From Geosiphon pyriformis uo1 (lineage: Eukaryota > Fungi > Glomeromycota): a stretch of 64,000 bases of DNA. The DNA lies in the NCBI GenBank assembly GCA_016748015.1, contig JAAOMT010000175.1, positions 346,212 through 410,211 on the forward strand, written 5' to 3'. Shown one piece after another: positions 24,156-37,598 of this stretch; position 1 is the first letter of the stretch, and every line of letters begins with the position of its first letter. The notes beneath the pieces are model-generated. The model was given only the letters and a program-made list of their open reading frames with translations. It had not been told where the DNA came from and did not search any database. A program made the position numbers and the translations under genes.

Positions 24156-26017
24156 AGTATATTATGAGTAAGGACAATACCAAAAAAAATGTTATGGGCT
24201 AGCTTGCCAAATCAGTCTACTCCAAGTACTGACAATTCAGCTTGTCAAATTGTGGCAATTCAAAACGATAAGTATGCGGAGAACCAGAGAATTTAAGAAG
24301 GTTAAAATTTCCCATCTGGATCCATTAAACATGGACTTATAGATGATGAAAATTTTAATTGGAGACTTGCAAGCTTTGTCGAAAATAAATGAATGAAAGG
24401 TATGATGCGTAATTTTCCATCAAGCCTGTTGTTTGGTCATCAAATTGTTGAGTTCGAGTTACAAATTCAATTAAAGTGATTAAATGTTCATTTGGCAAAT
24501 TTCAACCTTTCGAAAATTGAAAGCATTTCGCTATAAAAAATCGTGACCAGTTACCATTGTTCTAAAAAAATATAAATAAAAAAATTATTATTTTGAATTT
24601 TTAATAAATTTTAATTTTACAATTTAAATAATAAATAATAAATTTTGGTTTTGTAATTATAAAACAGTAATTAAACCATTTTTTTCAAATATTATTAATA
24701 CAAACATTTTTTTAATGATAAATTAAAATTATTATTTTTTCAATAATCTTTATTATTTTTCATAGTTATTATTACTATTTAAAATTATAACAACAAAAAT
24801 TTTAATTTTTAAAAAAAGTTTTTTGATATTTTTTAACATTAATTTTGTGTTTTTTAAAGACTTTAAACTTTTTTTTATAGTTTTAAAGCTTGGTTTTTAA
24901 AATAAGATTTTGGTTTTTTTATACTATTAATGTTTTTATTGATTTTTTTATAGTTATAAACATAAATTAATATTTAATTATATTATTTAATATAAATAAT
25001 TTTTATTAATTATTATTGTTTTTTTGTTTTTTTATTTACAATAATAAATGTGGTCTAATTATTATTTATAAATTAAATATAATTTATGTTTTTATTATAT
25101 ATAACTAATAATTTAAATTAATTAAAACTATAATTTTTTAATTAAATTTATATAATACATTAATTAAATCTAAATTAATAAAAAAAAATCAAAAACTAAA
25201 TAATTAGCAACTTTTAAATTAAAAATTTTTTGTCAAAACTTTTTTTATATATATTTTTTCTATCATAAATATTATATTTTAATGACTATTATGTAAATAA
25301 TAATAATATTTTGATTTAACATAATAAATTACAATATTAAAAAAACAATTATAAATACAATAAACAAAAATATTTATTTATATATATATTTATTAACAAT
25401 AAATAGTCTTTTAACCAAATTTAATATACACAAAAACACATAATTTGAATTTTTTTTATTTTTTATTTAAATAATAATAATAAGTATTTAATATTTTAAT
25501 ATAATTGATTTTAATAAATTTTTTATTAATATACAATAATAAATAACAATTAATATTTAATATTTTATTTGTTAATTTATAATTTATCTTATTTTAACAT
25601 TTTAAAATATTTTTTATCTTTAAACTAATTAATAAACAAGTTTTTTTTTAATAATATCAATAATATAATTTTACTTAATCTAATATTTATTATAAAAATT
25701 CAAAATTTTTTTGCTAATTTAATTTTACCAGAATTTAAATTTATTTAATTGTTTAAATATATATTAATATTACCAAAATTAGATATATAATTTAAGATTA
25801 AAACTATAATTTAAAGCTTAATTAAAATAAAAAACAAAATATTATTAATATTTATATTTAAATTTAAGTTAAAAAAATATAATAGTATTATTAAATATAA
25901 TAAATAATTTAAAATTTTTAATAATTTATTTGTAAAATTAATGTTATTAATTTTTTTTAATCAAAAACTTTTTTATTTTTATTAATTTTATTATTATTAT
26001 TAATTTATGAATACAAT

Positions 26018-28157
26018 CTAATTATTATTTAATATACAGAAACAAATTAAGTGTATCAAACTAAATATGGTTTATGTGCTTATTATACATAACTGGCTAC
26101 TTGAGCCAATTAAAGTCATATTACATACTCATATTACACACTTATATTAATTTTTAATCTATTATCTAAACTTGAAAAGAACAAATAGGCTTTGTATAAT
26201 CCAAAATTAACCACAAATAATTTAATAATTCCAAACATATGGATTATTTTAAACAAAAAAAATTCAAACAGGCCACTGTATGTCTTAAAAAAAATTCTCA
26301 TGTTTTTTACTAAACCACTTTTTTCTATATTAACCTTATACTTAAATCTAAAATTCTATAATCTACTATAATATGCATTAGCCAAATATCAGACAAAATT
26401 AACTATCATTATTATAGCCTTTTTTTATTCTCAATTCTAGAAACAGCTTTACTAATCTAATTCTTAAGAACAAACTTTTTAAACAAGATCTCATAAATGT
26501 TAACATTCAATGTTCTTAACAGAAGAGTATATAATACTGAAAAAATTAGTGGAAAACAAGATCCTATTAAAAAAGTTCACAATTTAATATAATCTAACAA
26601 GATTTTAGAGCATGTTGAAGTGTTTTTTAAACAAGTAAAAACATAATTAGATAGTTTAACATTATTATAAACAGACATAATACACTTAAGTATTTTATAT
26701 TATAAAGCCTTTTTTTAACTGCAATTAACAATTTCTTATAAACCATTTTTATTAAATATGTGTAAAAAGCTGTTAAAAATTTGCTAGTATAACCAGAAAG
26801 CATATAAGAATCAGAGTGTCATACTAAAAAAGTACAGTACTAATTAATAGTCTGAATAAAAAAATTTTATAAAATCCATATATTTAAATCTACTTTTTAT
26901 TAAAATGCTGAGTATTATTCAAAATAACTAAATTATTTGCCAAAATAAATTTTTCATGAACATTAGTAAGTAAAAAAATATAAGACTATTCTATAATACT
27001 TACAAAACTATTAGCTTTATCATTGTTAATATTTCCTGAATGACCTTTGATCTTTACTCACTTAACAAAAATGTCTTTGAATCTAATTAAATTAATCACA
27101 TGCTGTCTTTTAATCCAGTATTTATTTCAGAAATTAAGCACAAACAGTATAAGCTCTAATATATATGTATTTATAACAGCTTGACTGTTTATCTGTAAAA
27201 CTACTAAGCAAAATAAGAGGATCTATTTTAGAGTTAGAGTAATAGTCTGCAATTCTGACAATATTAACAATAGCAAACTAAAAACTCTTACACTAAAACC
27301 CACTTTGATCTCAGAAAAATATACTGCTATTTTATTTGTTATATTAATAATACCTAAATTATATAGAAAATTATCAGTGTAAACATTAATTTTTTCTGTT
27401 TAAAGCTTATGTAAACACTCTTAAACATTTAAAAATTCACCCAAACTACAAAAATCTAAACTGTTAAGATCAAAGCTGTATTCAACAAGATTAACAAAAA
27501 GATTATTTATATAATTAATAGCTTTACAAACTATGTTGACACAAAATTCTTTGAACTCAGCTTTTTTAAATGATAAAAAGTCTTTCAATTCATAATAAAG
27601 CTATGTTTGTTCAATAATCTATTACCAAAGACAATACCAAAATGTTTTAAAGAATAAGTTACATCAAAATAATATGAGTTATTTAAAATTTCTAATATAG
27701 AGAAGCAACTGAAGAATCAGAATACATAAGGTAACTTATTTGCCAAAAAAATATTGTTATCTAAAAAAATTTTTCTTATGTCTACCAAAAAATTGTTTAT
27801 AAAATGAACTTGTAACTTGACAGAAAATTATAGTAAATTCCTTGGCATTCAACTTATAATCTGCAAATACAGAAATCAATACATAAATAGACTACCAAAT
27901 TAACAAAGCCATTTTGCTTTTTATCTAAAACTACTTAAACAATTTAAGTCTATACAATAATAGATAATATAGAGCTTTATTGGAAAAAAATTTTGGCAAA
28001 TTAGCTTTTAACTTAAGTTTTTTTTTAATCATAACATTCCACTTTTGATACATACTCTTAAACATAAAACTAAATTACATTTGATAATCAATGATAGGCT
28101 GCAAAACTGCTAAAATTAAGTAAAAAAATTGCTTATCTAACAAAATTTATTAATAAA
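26018..28157 (-). mobile_element. 5'-truncated, strongly eroded LINE (end of RT, RNase H, zinc knuckle, 3'UTR)
   Basis: Reverse strand decodes to DKQFFYL, VYTD, VKIKGHSG and SDTLILIC, homologous to ORF2 of the 31-kb copy. 3'UTR hairpin at 26090-26112. An 18-bp TSD with 2 mismatches at 26000-26017 and 28158-28175. Confidence 0.8.
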
Positions 28158-28366
28158 TTAATTTATAAAAACAATATTAAAATATTTTAAAGAATAACAA
28201 CAAAAAAACAAAAAATCTTGAACACAAAAATGTTTTTGTATATATAAAAAATAATAAAAATCTTATTTATAATAAAAATCGTATATATATAAAATTTTTT
28301 AATAATATTAATCAAATAATTACATAATAAAAGCTTTATAAAAAAACTTTATCATTTTTTAATTAT

Positions 28367-29325
28367 TAATTATTATTAATTAAGTAATTTATTAAGTGAA
28401 GCCCAACTGTTATTTAGTACATAAGACCAAACTAAGTAATTCAAATTAAATGTAACTCATATACTTACTATATATAACTAGCCACTCAAGCCAGACAAAA
28501 CAATACTATACACTTATGCTAATACTTATATCACAATTAAAACCAAAAAAAAAAACATGATCTATAATAACCAAAACTAATAGCAAAAGACTCAATAATG
28601 CCAAGTATCTTGACCATACCATTCGACAGTATTGACATTAAACTACAAAACAAATCTGATATTATGCTGCCATCTCCAACCAAGCCAGTTCTTTCCATAT
28701 CAACTCTAAACTTAGATTTTATTAGCCAGATCCTAGAATAATACAATTCTACCAGATATTTTACAAAATTAACAACAGCAGAGGTAGTCTCCTTTTTATC
28801 ATTAAAAATTCCAATAGCTTTTGCATATTATTTCTTTAACACAAATCTCTTGCACATAATTGCATAAGTCCTAGCATTTGATGAATGACAAAAAAGCACT
28901 TATAAGACAGCAGAAGAACACAAACTATAAGTGCCAATCAAAGCAATCTAATGCTTGGAGGCCTCAACCAAAATTTTTTTCTGAATATCAATATTCTGAG
29001 CACAAATAAAAACATGATCTGATAATTTTACTTCACTACACAGCAAATACAGCACACCAAAATACTTTTTATTATACAATTTCTTTCTAATAGCAACTGG
29101 TAATTATCTGTGTATTGCTTTTATTAAGTATATACAAAAGTTAAATGACTTTTGACTAGTAAAACCAATGAGCATATATGAGTCAAAATGCCAAACTTTT
29201 GCAATAACATTCCAATCTACATTTTTAATTAATACATTAGAAATTACATTATGACCAGAACCAGCTTTTTAATAAGTATAACAAACAGACTTAAAAATAT
29301 CTCTGACAAAATAGCAAACATTGTA
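28367..29325 (-). mobile_element. 5'-truncated eroded LINE (ORF2 C-terminus, zinc knuckle, 3'UTR)
   Basis: Reverse strand reads CYFVRDIF, KVWHFDSYM and CLLCSEVKLSDHVFIC. 3'UTR hairpin at 28476-28496. Probable TSD tttttaattat at 28356-28366 and 29326-29336. Confidence 0.8.
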
Positions 29326-30329
29326 TTTTTAATTATCAAATTTTATTTTTTATAATATTAATAAAATAATAATAATCATTAAAAGTTTTTTATTATTAAT
29401 TTTGTAATTAAAATTTTAATCTAAAAATTTATCTAAATAAAAAACAATTAAGTATTAATTTTGGTTATAATAAAATAGTTCCAAATATAAAATTTAAAAC
29501 ATTAATTTTAATAATTTATAATTTAATAAAATAAACATAAATTAATATAGTAATAAAAATAAAAATTGGTTTTAAAAATTTCAATATAATATTAACTTAA
29601 AATAGTTATATAAATAATTTTTTTTTGTTAATACAGTTAATAATAATTTTATTTTTAAATAATTTTTAATAAACTATTAACAAAAATTAACAAACTTAAA
29701 ATTTTTTTGCATATTTTTTACAAAATAAAGCATTTTTTAATTTAAAATTGTTTAAATTTTTTTAAAAAAATAATATATTTGAAAAATCAATTTAAAATTA
29801 ATTAAATTTATATTTTTAAGCTTAATATATAATTTATATTATTGTAATTATTTTAATATTAAATATATATGTATTTTATATTTTTTTAATTTTTAAAATA
29901 AATAAAAATATTATTAAAATAACAAATAATAAATTAATTTAAATAATTTTTAAAAACTTATTTATTAAATATTAAAATAATAAAAAGTATTAAAATATTT
30001 ACTAGATACTTAAATTATTAAATCAAAAATTTTTTCTAGATATTTATAAAAAACTTTAAATTTTCATTCTAAAAAATTATAAATTGGTTTAAATAAAAGT
30101 GGTTTACTTTTTATTAAGTTAATAAAATAATTATATAAAAAATGTTTTAATAATAAATAAACTTTTTTTTATATATTTAAAATTTTTTAAAAAATAAAGT
30201 TTTTAAAAAATTTTTTTTTATTTTTATTTTATTTTAATATTCAATTAAATATTTTACAACTTTTTTTGTTTAAATACAAAATTACTAATATTGTTAACAA
30301 TTTGAATATAAAAAAGATAAAAAAAAAAT

Positions 30330-30975
30330 CTGGTATTAGTTTGGCTATCATAAATTTAACTGTTAAAAAAAGTACAAAAATAATGTATTAAAAAAACCAG
30401 TTGTTGATATTAATGTAAATACTTTTCAGAGTACATGTTAAATTAGTAAGATAGCTAGTTTAAATATTAAAAATACCATAAAATTAAAGAATATAAACAT
30501 AAAAAAAAATTTTAATAAAGAAAACAAGTTTTTAACTTAAAAATAATAATAAACATAAGTTTAAAAATATTAACATAACTTTTAAAAAACCAAAAGTTAT
30601 GACAAAATATATGTTTGAAAAGTTTTTTAAAAAAATTAATTTTTAATTTAATAATAATAATAATAATATAGTTTTGAGTAATTTAATTTAATTTTTTTTT
30701 TTAAAAACTATTAATTAATATTTTGGTTTGTAAATTTTTTGCTTTAAATATAAATTTTTAGCTATTAATAGTAAATTAGTTTAAGAAAAATTAAAATTTA
30801 TTAAAAATTTGTTTTTTAATATAAATAATTTTAGAATAGCTTTTATTCTTTCAAAATTTAATAATATAATCTAAAAAATTTTTACTTCGAAAAACAATAA
30901 TAAATACTGCAAAATTAATAAACAATAAAGATATTATAATAAACATTAATCTTAAAAGACCAGTAAACAATTACA
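30330..30975 (+). mobile_element. Ghost LINE ORF1, left part (host of the full-length LINE)
   Basis: Alignable to 31100-31790 by G>A/C>T changes, e.g. aaataccataaaattaaagaatataaacataaaaaaa versus aacactatggaatctgagagtattgacatggaagaa. Confidence 0.7.
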
Positions 30976-32913
30976 AAAACTTCTTTCTTTCCTTCATCCA
31001 AAATTCCCAAAAAAGAGTCAAAAGTTTTTTTGAAAGAAGTTTTTACCATTCAGTACGATAAATCAAAACCGTTTTTTGATTACAAAGCCACTGTTGGCTC
31101 TGTTATTGCTGTTATGAAAAAGACTGCTAAAGTTTCTGGTTCTGAGAGTGGTTTTAAAGTGGTTGTATCAAGGAAAAAGAGGAAGGGAGGTGTGTTGGCA
31201 GAGGGTGTTGATAATGGAAGGGTTGCTGCTGAAGTTCCTGGTGTTTGTTCATGGAGTTTGAAGACTGGTAACACTATGGAATCTGAGAGTATTGACATGG
31301 AAGAAGAATGCTTGGTGGAAGAAACCAGTGTGGACTATAGTGATGATGGTCTTTTTGTGGGAGAGGATCCTGATCAAACACCTAGAGGTTTGTGTGTGAA
31401 GACCAAAAAGGTATTAGGGAAGCCATTGGGTGTGATTGATTATGATGCTGTCGATGCGGATGGTGATGTGTTGGATGAGTTTCTTCTTCTACTGCCTCTT
31501 TTTTCAGTCAAGCCATCCATTCAGGTGCCTGTTCGCAAGTCCTTCACTTTGGATATTGATCTGGTGACGGTAGTAAGTAAATCCTCTTAGGAAAAAGTCA
31601 ATTTTGTTAGAAAAATCTTTTCAGGTGTAAATGGTTTTGGGGGGGCCTCTACCCCCTTAAAATTTGGTGGGATCATTCGGGCCACTTTCACTTCTGAAGA
31701 GGTGATGATAACTGCAGCTAATCTGGCTAATGACCATGGTGTAGTGGTAAACACCAATCTCAAGCACCCTGTCAACAATCGTACAAATCGGGCTATTGTG
31801 CTGAAAAAAATTCCTGTGGGAACTTCTTTGGAGGCTGTGCGTACGGCTGTAGCCGAATTTGGTATTATTAAGTCGATCAAAATGCAGCTGGTGGGTTTAT
31901 GGCAAAAGGTGATCATCGAATTGGAAGATCAAGACCAGGCTGATTTTCTGGCCTCTAAGTGGTCTATCTTTATTGGGAAGAACGCAATTCGGGTGGCCAG
32001 GGCTGATATCGACAAACAATCGTGGGATGCCAGGGATAATTTTAGGGCTTTGCTATATACTCTTCTCATGGGAACCACTGCTCATGATTTGTGAGATTTT
32101 ATTGGTTCTATTGGTGGGAAAACTTGCTTCATCAATTGCAATTCCGTCAGTTATTCTCATGCCCACTGTGCCACTGTGTGTTTTGGCTTGGAAGTAGAAT
32201 TAGTTAATGCAATGACAATGATTCCAGTTATAAAGAGCTTTGGTCTCCATTGGTTCCGTCTTTTTTTAGCTTCATGTGCAGTTTGTGAGAAATTTGGTCA
32301 TACTTCTTTTGGTTGCAGAACAGTCAAGGGTGCTGGAATTGTAGGAGGCAGAAGGGCTCCCCTTTCGGTTTAGGACCAATCCAGATTGGCAAAAATTTAT
32401 GTAAAGAGATCTGCGCCTATCTCTCATCCTTTGGCTTTTGATGGTAAAACTTGGGCATCGGTGGTTAGCACTCCCTCTGCTCCCTCTCTCTTTGGTGGTA
32501 AGGCAAGTTTTGGTTCCATCATTGATGGTAAACCTACCCCTCCTGTTGCAAAAGATCCGAAAAAAAGACTGGTCAGTATCGAAGATGGTCTTGTCAGTCT
32601 CGCAAAACAAATTGATGGGTTGGCCAAGAGGTTAGATTTGCTTGTGCTAGTGGTTCCCCAGCCTGGTCACGGATGCCGGCTGCCAGTGGTCGCCCCGCCA
32701 CAAAATTCGGAAAGTAGTGTGACATTGGATATGGACTTGAGTATGGCTGATGGCCATGAGTCTGCCACAATTGTGGGTTCATCCACGTCCTCCCATGTTG
32801 TCAAGTTGGAAAATATGTTGGAGGGCCTCTCCAAATCTGTGTTGATCTTGTCCACTTGTTTCAATAGTCTGGCTTTGGCTGGTGGTGCGAACTTCCAATC
32901 CCCCTCCCAATGA
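30976..32913 (+). pseudogene. LINE ORF1 (gag-like nucleic-acid-binding protein); 3 premature stops
   Basis: RRM-like AIVLKKIPVGTSLEAVRTAVAEFGIIKSIKM; CCHC knuckle CAVCEKFGHTSFGC; coiled-coil-like segment. Stops at 31588, 32092 and 32371, all in one frame. Confidence 0.88.
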
Positions 32914-35900
32914 GTGAATTAGTATAGAAAGTTGCTACATGCAATGTTAGAGGAATGAACAACCCTGCGAAGCAGAGTGATGTCGTTTGTTGGCATAAGG
33001 ACATGGACAATTCAATTTCGATTTTTACTGAAACTAAGTTAAAAGGTAAGGTTCGGCCCTGGATCATTAACAAGTTTGATGGGGTTCAGGTGTTTACTAC
33101 TGGTTTGGATTCTGGGTATCTGGGTGCTGGTGTGGCAGTGGTTATGAACTCTTCTTTGGCGAGACATGTGTGCAAGGTGTCTGAGGTCCCGGGTCAGTTG
33201 TTGTCTATCAAGTTACTTTTTAAGAACAGGCTCTCTGTGTCAATTTTGGGACTGTACGCTGGTGCTTCTTTGGCGGTCCGGTTCTCTCAAGCAGGTGAAA
33301 TCAACTCTATCGTCGCAAAGGCTGTTAACGAGTCCTCCTTTGTTATCCTCAGTGGTAATTTTAATGAAGACGGCTCTCATAAGTGTGTGAGTTTCAGGAA
33401 GTGCCTTGATTTGGGATTGATTAACTCTTTGGTCGGGAGCCCAGCTGTGAAAATGCCCACTTGGAAGAATTCTAGAGGTGTCAAAAGAACGATTGATTAC
33501 GTGTTTGTCTCTCCAAATCTGGTCAATGCGATGGTACATTGTAATGTTTCGGGTGTTAGTGAGCACTTTGACATGGATCATCAAGCTGTTTCAGTGTCTT
33601 TAGGTCTGGGTGGGCTTCTGGATATGCAATTGAGCTCTTTTCGCAAGCAAGCAAACAGAGACAGATGGAAATTTGATTTCAAGAGTGCTGATGAGAGTAA
33701 ATGGATCGATTTTAAGTGTGCCACATTGGCTAATGCAACAATGTTCTTAGATAAGTTTGCTGTTTCTGTAAGGTTTTTGGATTTGGACGCAATGTGGGAT
33801 GTTGTTTGCAGAATAATGATTCTTTCGGCTAATGAAGTGTTCAAGAAAAAGTGGTTCAAGGAATTTGATGGTATCTTTACCAAAGAGTCGTCAAGGTTCC
33901 ACAAGTTGGAGCTTTTGGTTTCAAAAATTATTAAGGCATTTCGTGTGAAGTGTGCTGTGGATTTTGCTTCTCTTATGATGTGTTGGGCTACTCTGGACAG
34001 TGTCAAGGCTTCGGTCATTCAGGATCTGGTGGACTCTGGTGTGGAATCTGGTCGTGTTTGTTCTGCTCTTTTTGGTGCCAGGAAATCTTATCAAAAGTCC
34101 AAGCTCATTGAATCTCAGAGTGCTAAAGAAGCATGCATCAGATCTGCAATAGACAAGAGGATGGAAAGCTTTAAGGTAAATAAAGGTCATACAATAAGAA
34201 GTGTGTTGAAGCGGCCATTTCGTAAGATTGTGCTGGATCATTTAGTGGTTGATGACGAGTTGATTTTGGAATCTGAGCAGGTCAAGTCCAAGGTTGATGC
34301 AATCATGGAAAGTTGGACTAGGAAGCATCAGGTGGTCGATAATGTTTCGGATGATTGGCGCCTCCAATATCAGCCACTGGAGTATGTTTTTGACAAAGCT
34401 TTTTCTGGTGTCATGTGTTCAATTGGGTATGATAAGTTCCTTGGGGTGATTTCTGATCTTCCAGAGGGTAAAGCGGCTGGTTTGTCAGGTATTTCAAATG
34501 AGCTTTGGAAACATTGTGATAGGTCAGTTTTGGATATGTTGTTGGTGTTCTTGAACTCTTGTTTGTCTAGTGAATTAGTGCCCGGCCCTTGGAAGGAAGC
34601 ATGGGTCTCGATGATTCTGAAACCTTATGAGTAGGAAGGTGTTTTAACGAACACACGTCCTATTGCTTTGATTGAAACGGCTTGCAAGGTTCTTTCCAAG
34701 ATACTCTCGGACAGGATTTCTTTGGCGTGCAGTACTTTTGACGTGCTTTGAGGGGCTAATTTCTCAGTTTTGAAGGGTACGACAACCCAGTCCCCTATTT
34801 TTGCAATTGGTTCGGTGGTCGAAGATGCTTTGGAAAAAAACAGGGAGCTATGGCTGGTTCTGCAGGACATGCAGAAGGTGTATGACTCGGTTGGCTGGGA
34901 GCATCTCGAGAAAAGTTTGGTTAGGATTAAGATGTGTAGCAAATTTATTCGGTTTTTTGGTGGTATTCATAGGGATCGTACCAACCGAGTCATGACTGAT
35001 TTTGGACTGACAAGCGGTTACCGTGTGCATGATGGTTTGGACCAGGGAGAGGTTTTCTCTTCTCTTCTCTAGCGCATATTTTATGATCCTCTTTTGTGCG
35101 AAGTCAAGAAACAGGAGAGTGTATGTGAGTATAGGTTGAACTCTCACTTTGTTTCCAAGAATGGTCGTTCCGAATTCCAGACTGGGTTTTCTTCTTTTTT
35201 TGCTGCTGGTGCTTTTGTTGATGATACGATTTGGGTTGGTAGCAGTCAGACGGCTACTCAACATATTCTCAATGTTGCTAGTGAATTTTTTTTTATCAAT
35301 GACATTTCTATTAACGACGACAAAACAGTAGCCATTCTTATCAATAGCAGAGTCAGCAGTCCCTCCCTGTCTATCAGCGGTTCACCCATTTCTATTGCCA
35401 AAAAGGGAGAATCTCACTGATATTTGGGCATTTTCCTGTCGACTGAGGGTCTTTCGAAGCCTAGCTTGGCTAAGGCGCATTCAGACATTTGCTTTTTCAC
35501 CAATCTGGTGTTGAGGAAGGCGGTCTCAGATAAGCAGTTTTTGTATTTGGTGTCGGCAGTTCTGCATCTGATAGTTAGCTATAGAACTCAGTTCAGTTTT
35601 ATTCCTGTTGGCATGTGTGGGAAGTAAGATGCTCTGATTCGTAAAAGTTTGAAGCTCAAGTCTGGTTTGCCACTCGATTTCCCCAATGATGTGGTTTACC
35701 ACCCTTTGTTTTATGGTTTGAAGTCATTTTCTCAAGTTCAATCTGAAAGCAAGATCGCTTCTCTTGTCAGTTTTGCAAACTCTGATGATATCTTGGGTCA
35801 TTTGTTTTCCCACAGGTCTTATGACTTGCAAGTTCTGTGTTAGCGCCCTGTTCATCCGTTGTGTTCTCCTGTTCGTATTTGTGTCAGTGCTTCTAATAAC

Positions 35901-37598
35901 TTTCTGGCAGGCATGGTTCGTGTTCTTGTTGATTGCAATGTGTCTCTGGGTGGCTCTTTGGTTAGTTCTTTTTGGTCTCATGGTGGAGTGCCTATGTCTG
36001 AGGTTCTGGGCGAGTCAAGGTTTCTCAAGTTTCTCCCTTCTCTTTAGTGGTATGGTATTGCCTTTGTGAATCAATTTCGTGACCGTCATAGTGCTGTCTA
36101 TGATTGGTACACTTTCAAGTAGTGGAAGAGATTGGACCCCCGTGGCCCAGTTCCTGAATGGTTCAAGCATTCTGTTTTGTTTCTCAATAGTGTAGGATCT
36201 TCTCGCGTTCAGTCTCTAGTTTTGGGGGATGGTAGTCCTTCGAACATTCTTGAATCTGGTGGATTTGTGTCTATTCGTGATTGTCTCTTGGCAACTGGTG
36301 CTAGCAGCCTGTCAGTATATACAGATGGATCTCTTAGTGGTCTTGGCACGGTTGGCTGTAGAGCTGGTGCTGCTGTTTTTTTTGAGGACATTGGTTTGGG
36401 TTTGGGTGTAAGGGTTTTGGGTTTGATGTCGTCTACTTTGGCGGAATTGCAGGCTGTTGTTTTAGCTCTGGAGTGTGTTCCCCTGTCAAGCTCTGTTTGT
36501 TTGTTCTCAGATAGTCAATTGGCGTTGGATGCTTGCAGGTCGGAGTTAGATCTGGTGTGTCCCAATTTTCGTAATCAGTGTTGGGTCGAACGTCGTCATA
36601 TTGTCAACATAATTCGCAGTAAGAAGTTAAGGGTTAGCTTTCGCAAGGTGAAGGGTCATTCTGGTGTTTTGGGAAATGAGCATGCCGATGCGATCGCTGG
36701 TGCCGCTTCTCTCTCCAATTGGTATCTTCCCTCTTGCTTGAGTAAGCACTTCTTGGCAGCTGATAGTGATGTTGTTTCTGGAAATTTGAGGCATTTTGTT
36801 CGTAATATTTATCATTCTATTTGTCGTGTGCGATGGGAGGTTGGTTCCAGTTCTGGGGTTTTGGTTGGCAGCTTGTCTTCTGAGGTTGATTGGCCCCGTT
36901 TGTCATTGGTGTGGCATCCTGATTTGCACATGGCTGCAGGATTTACCAGCAGGTATTTGTCCAGTGTGCGTACTTATTTTATGAAGTCTTTGCACCATCA
37001 GTTGCCGGTTGCTGTTCGGAAGTGCCTCTATGATAAACATTATCCTAGTGTGTTGTGCTTGTATTGTGATGAAGTGGAGGTGTCGGATCATGTGTTCTCT
37101 TGCAAGGTTGACAAGTCTGTTCGGCGCCAGTTGCTGAATTCTCATGTAGAGTCCTGGAAGGCGCTTTCTAGTTCATCTCACTCCTCTTCGAATATATTGC
37201 AGCTGTTGTCATCCAGTGTTTCTGATTCCTCTGTGTCTATAGCTCTTTTTAAGGGCTTTGTTTTCAATGGATGGTTTAGTGAGGCTGTTTCCGTCTTTCA
37301 CGACCCCAAGATTGCTGTTTTGGAGATTGTCAAGTTTGTGTGCTCTCTTGGTCTTGCTTTCAGGGAGGATGTCTGGTCGATTCGTGCTAAGCATTATGTG
37401 TATATAGAGAAGAATGGACTGATCCTGCTAGATGGTTCAGCCGTCGTTTCGGTTCATGGTTTGGCTTCGAGGTTCTCTGCAGGAGTGGTTAGGTTACTTG
37501 GCATTACTAGTGCTTTAGGTGTTCATTTTGGTTTTCGCAAGGCTTGCTTGTTCTTTTCAGATATAGGTGAATCAGTGTCGGTTCATATAGCTGCGTAG
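32910..37598 (+). pseudogene. LINE ORF2 (endonuclease, reverse transcriptase, RNase H, zinc knuckle); 9 premature stops, no frameshift
   Basis: EN: TCNVRG, FTETK, GNFN, IDYVF, DHQAV. RT: KAAGLSG, TRPIALIE, QDMQKVYDSV, GLDQGE, AFVDDT, YLG. RNase H: VYTDGS, AELQAV, SDSQ, KVKGHSGVLGNEHAD. Zinc knuckle: CLYCDEVEVSDHVFSC. Confidence 0.95.

Noticed and set aside
24580-30330. AT island as centromere or organelle-derived DNA
   Set aside because: No organellar genes or satellite periodicity seen, and the decodable parts are TE relics. Centromere function cannot be judged from sequence alone.
34632-34634. Same TAG in LINE copies 1 and 2 (also at 31588/42366), suggesting programmed readthrough or an alternative genetic code
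   Set aside because: Most stops differ between copies, these sites are one transition from TGG/CAG, and host genes use TAG, TGA and TAA as normal stops. Recurrent mutation is sufficient.
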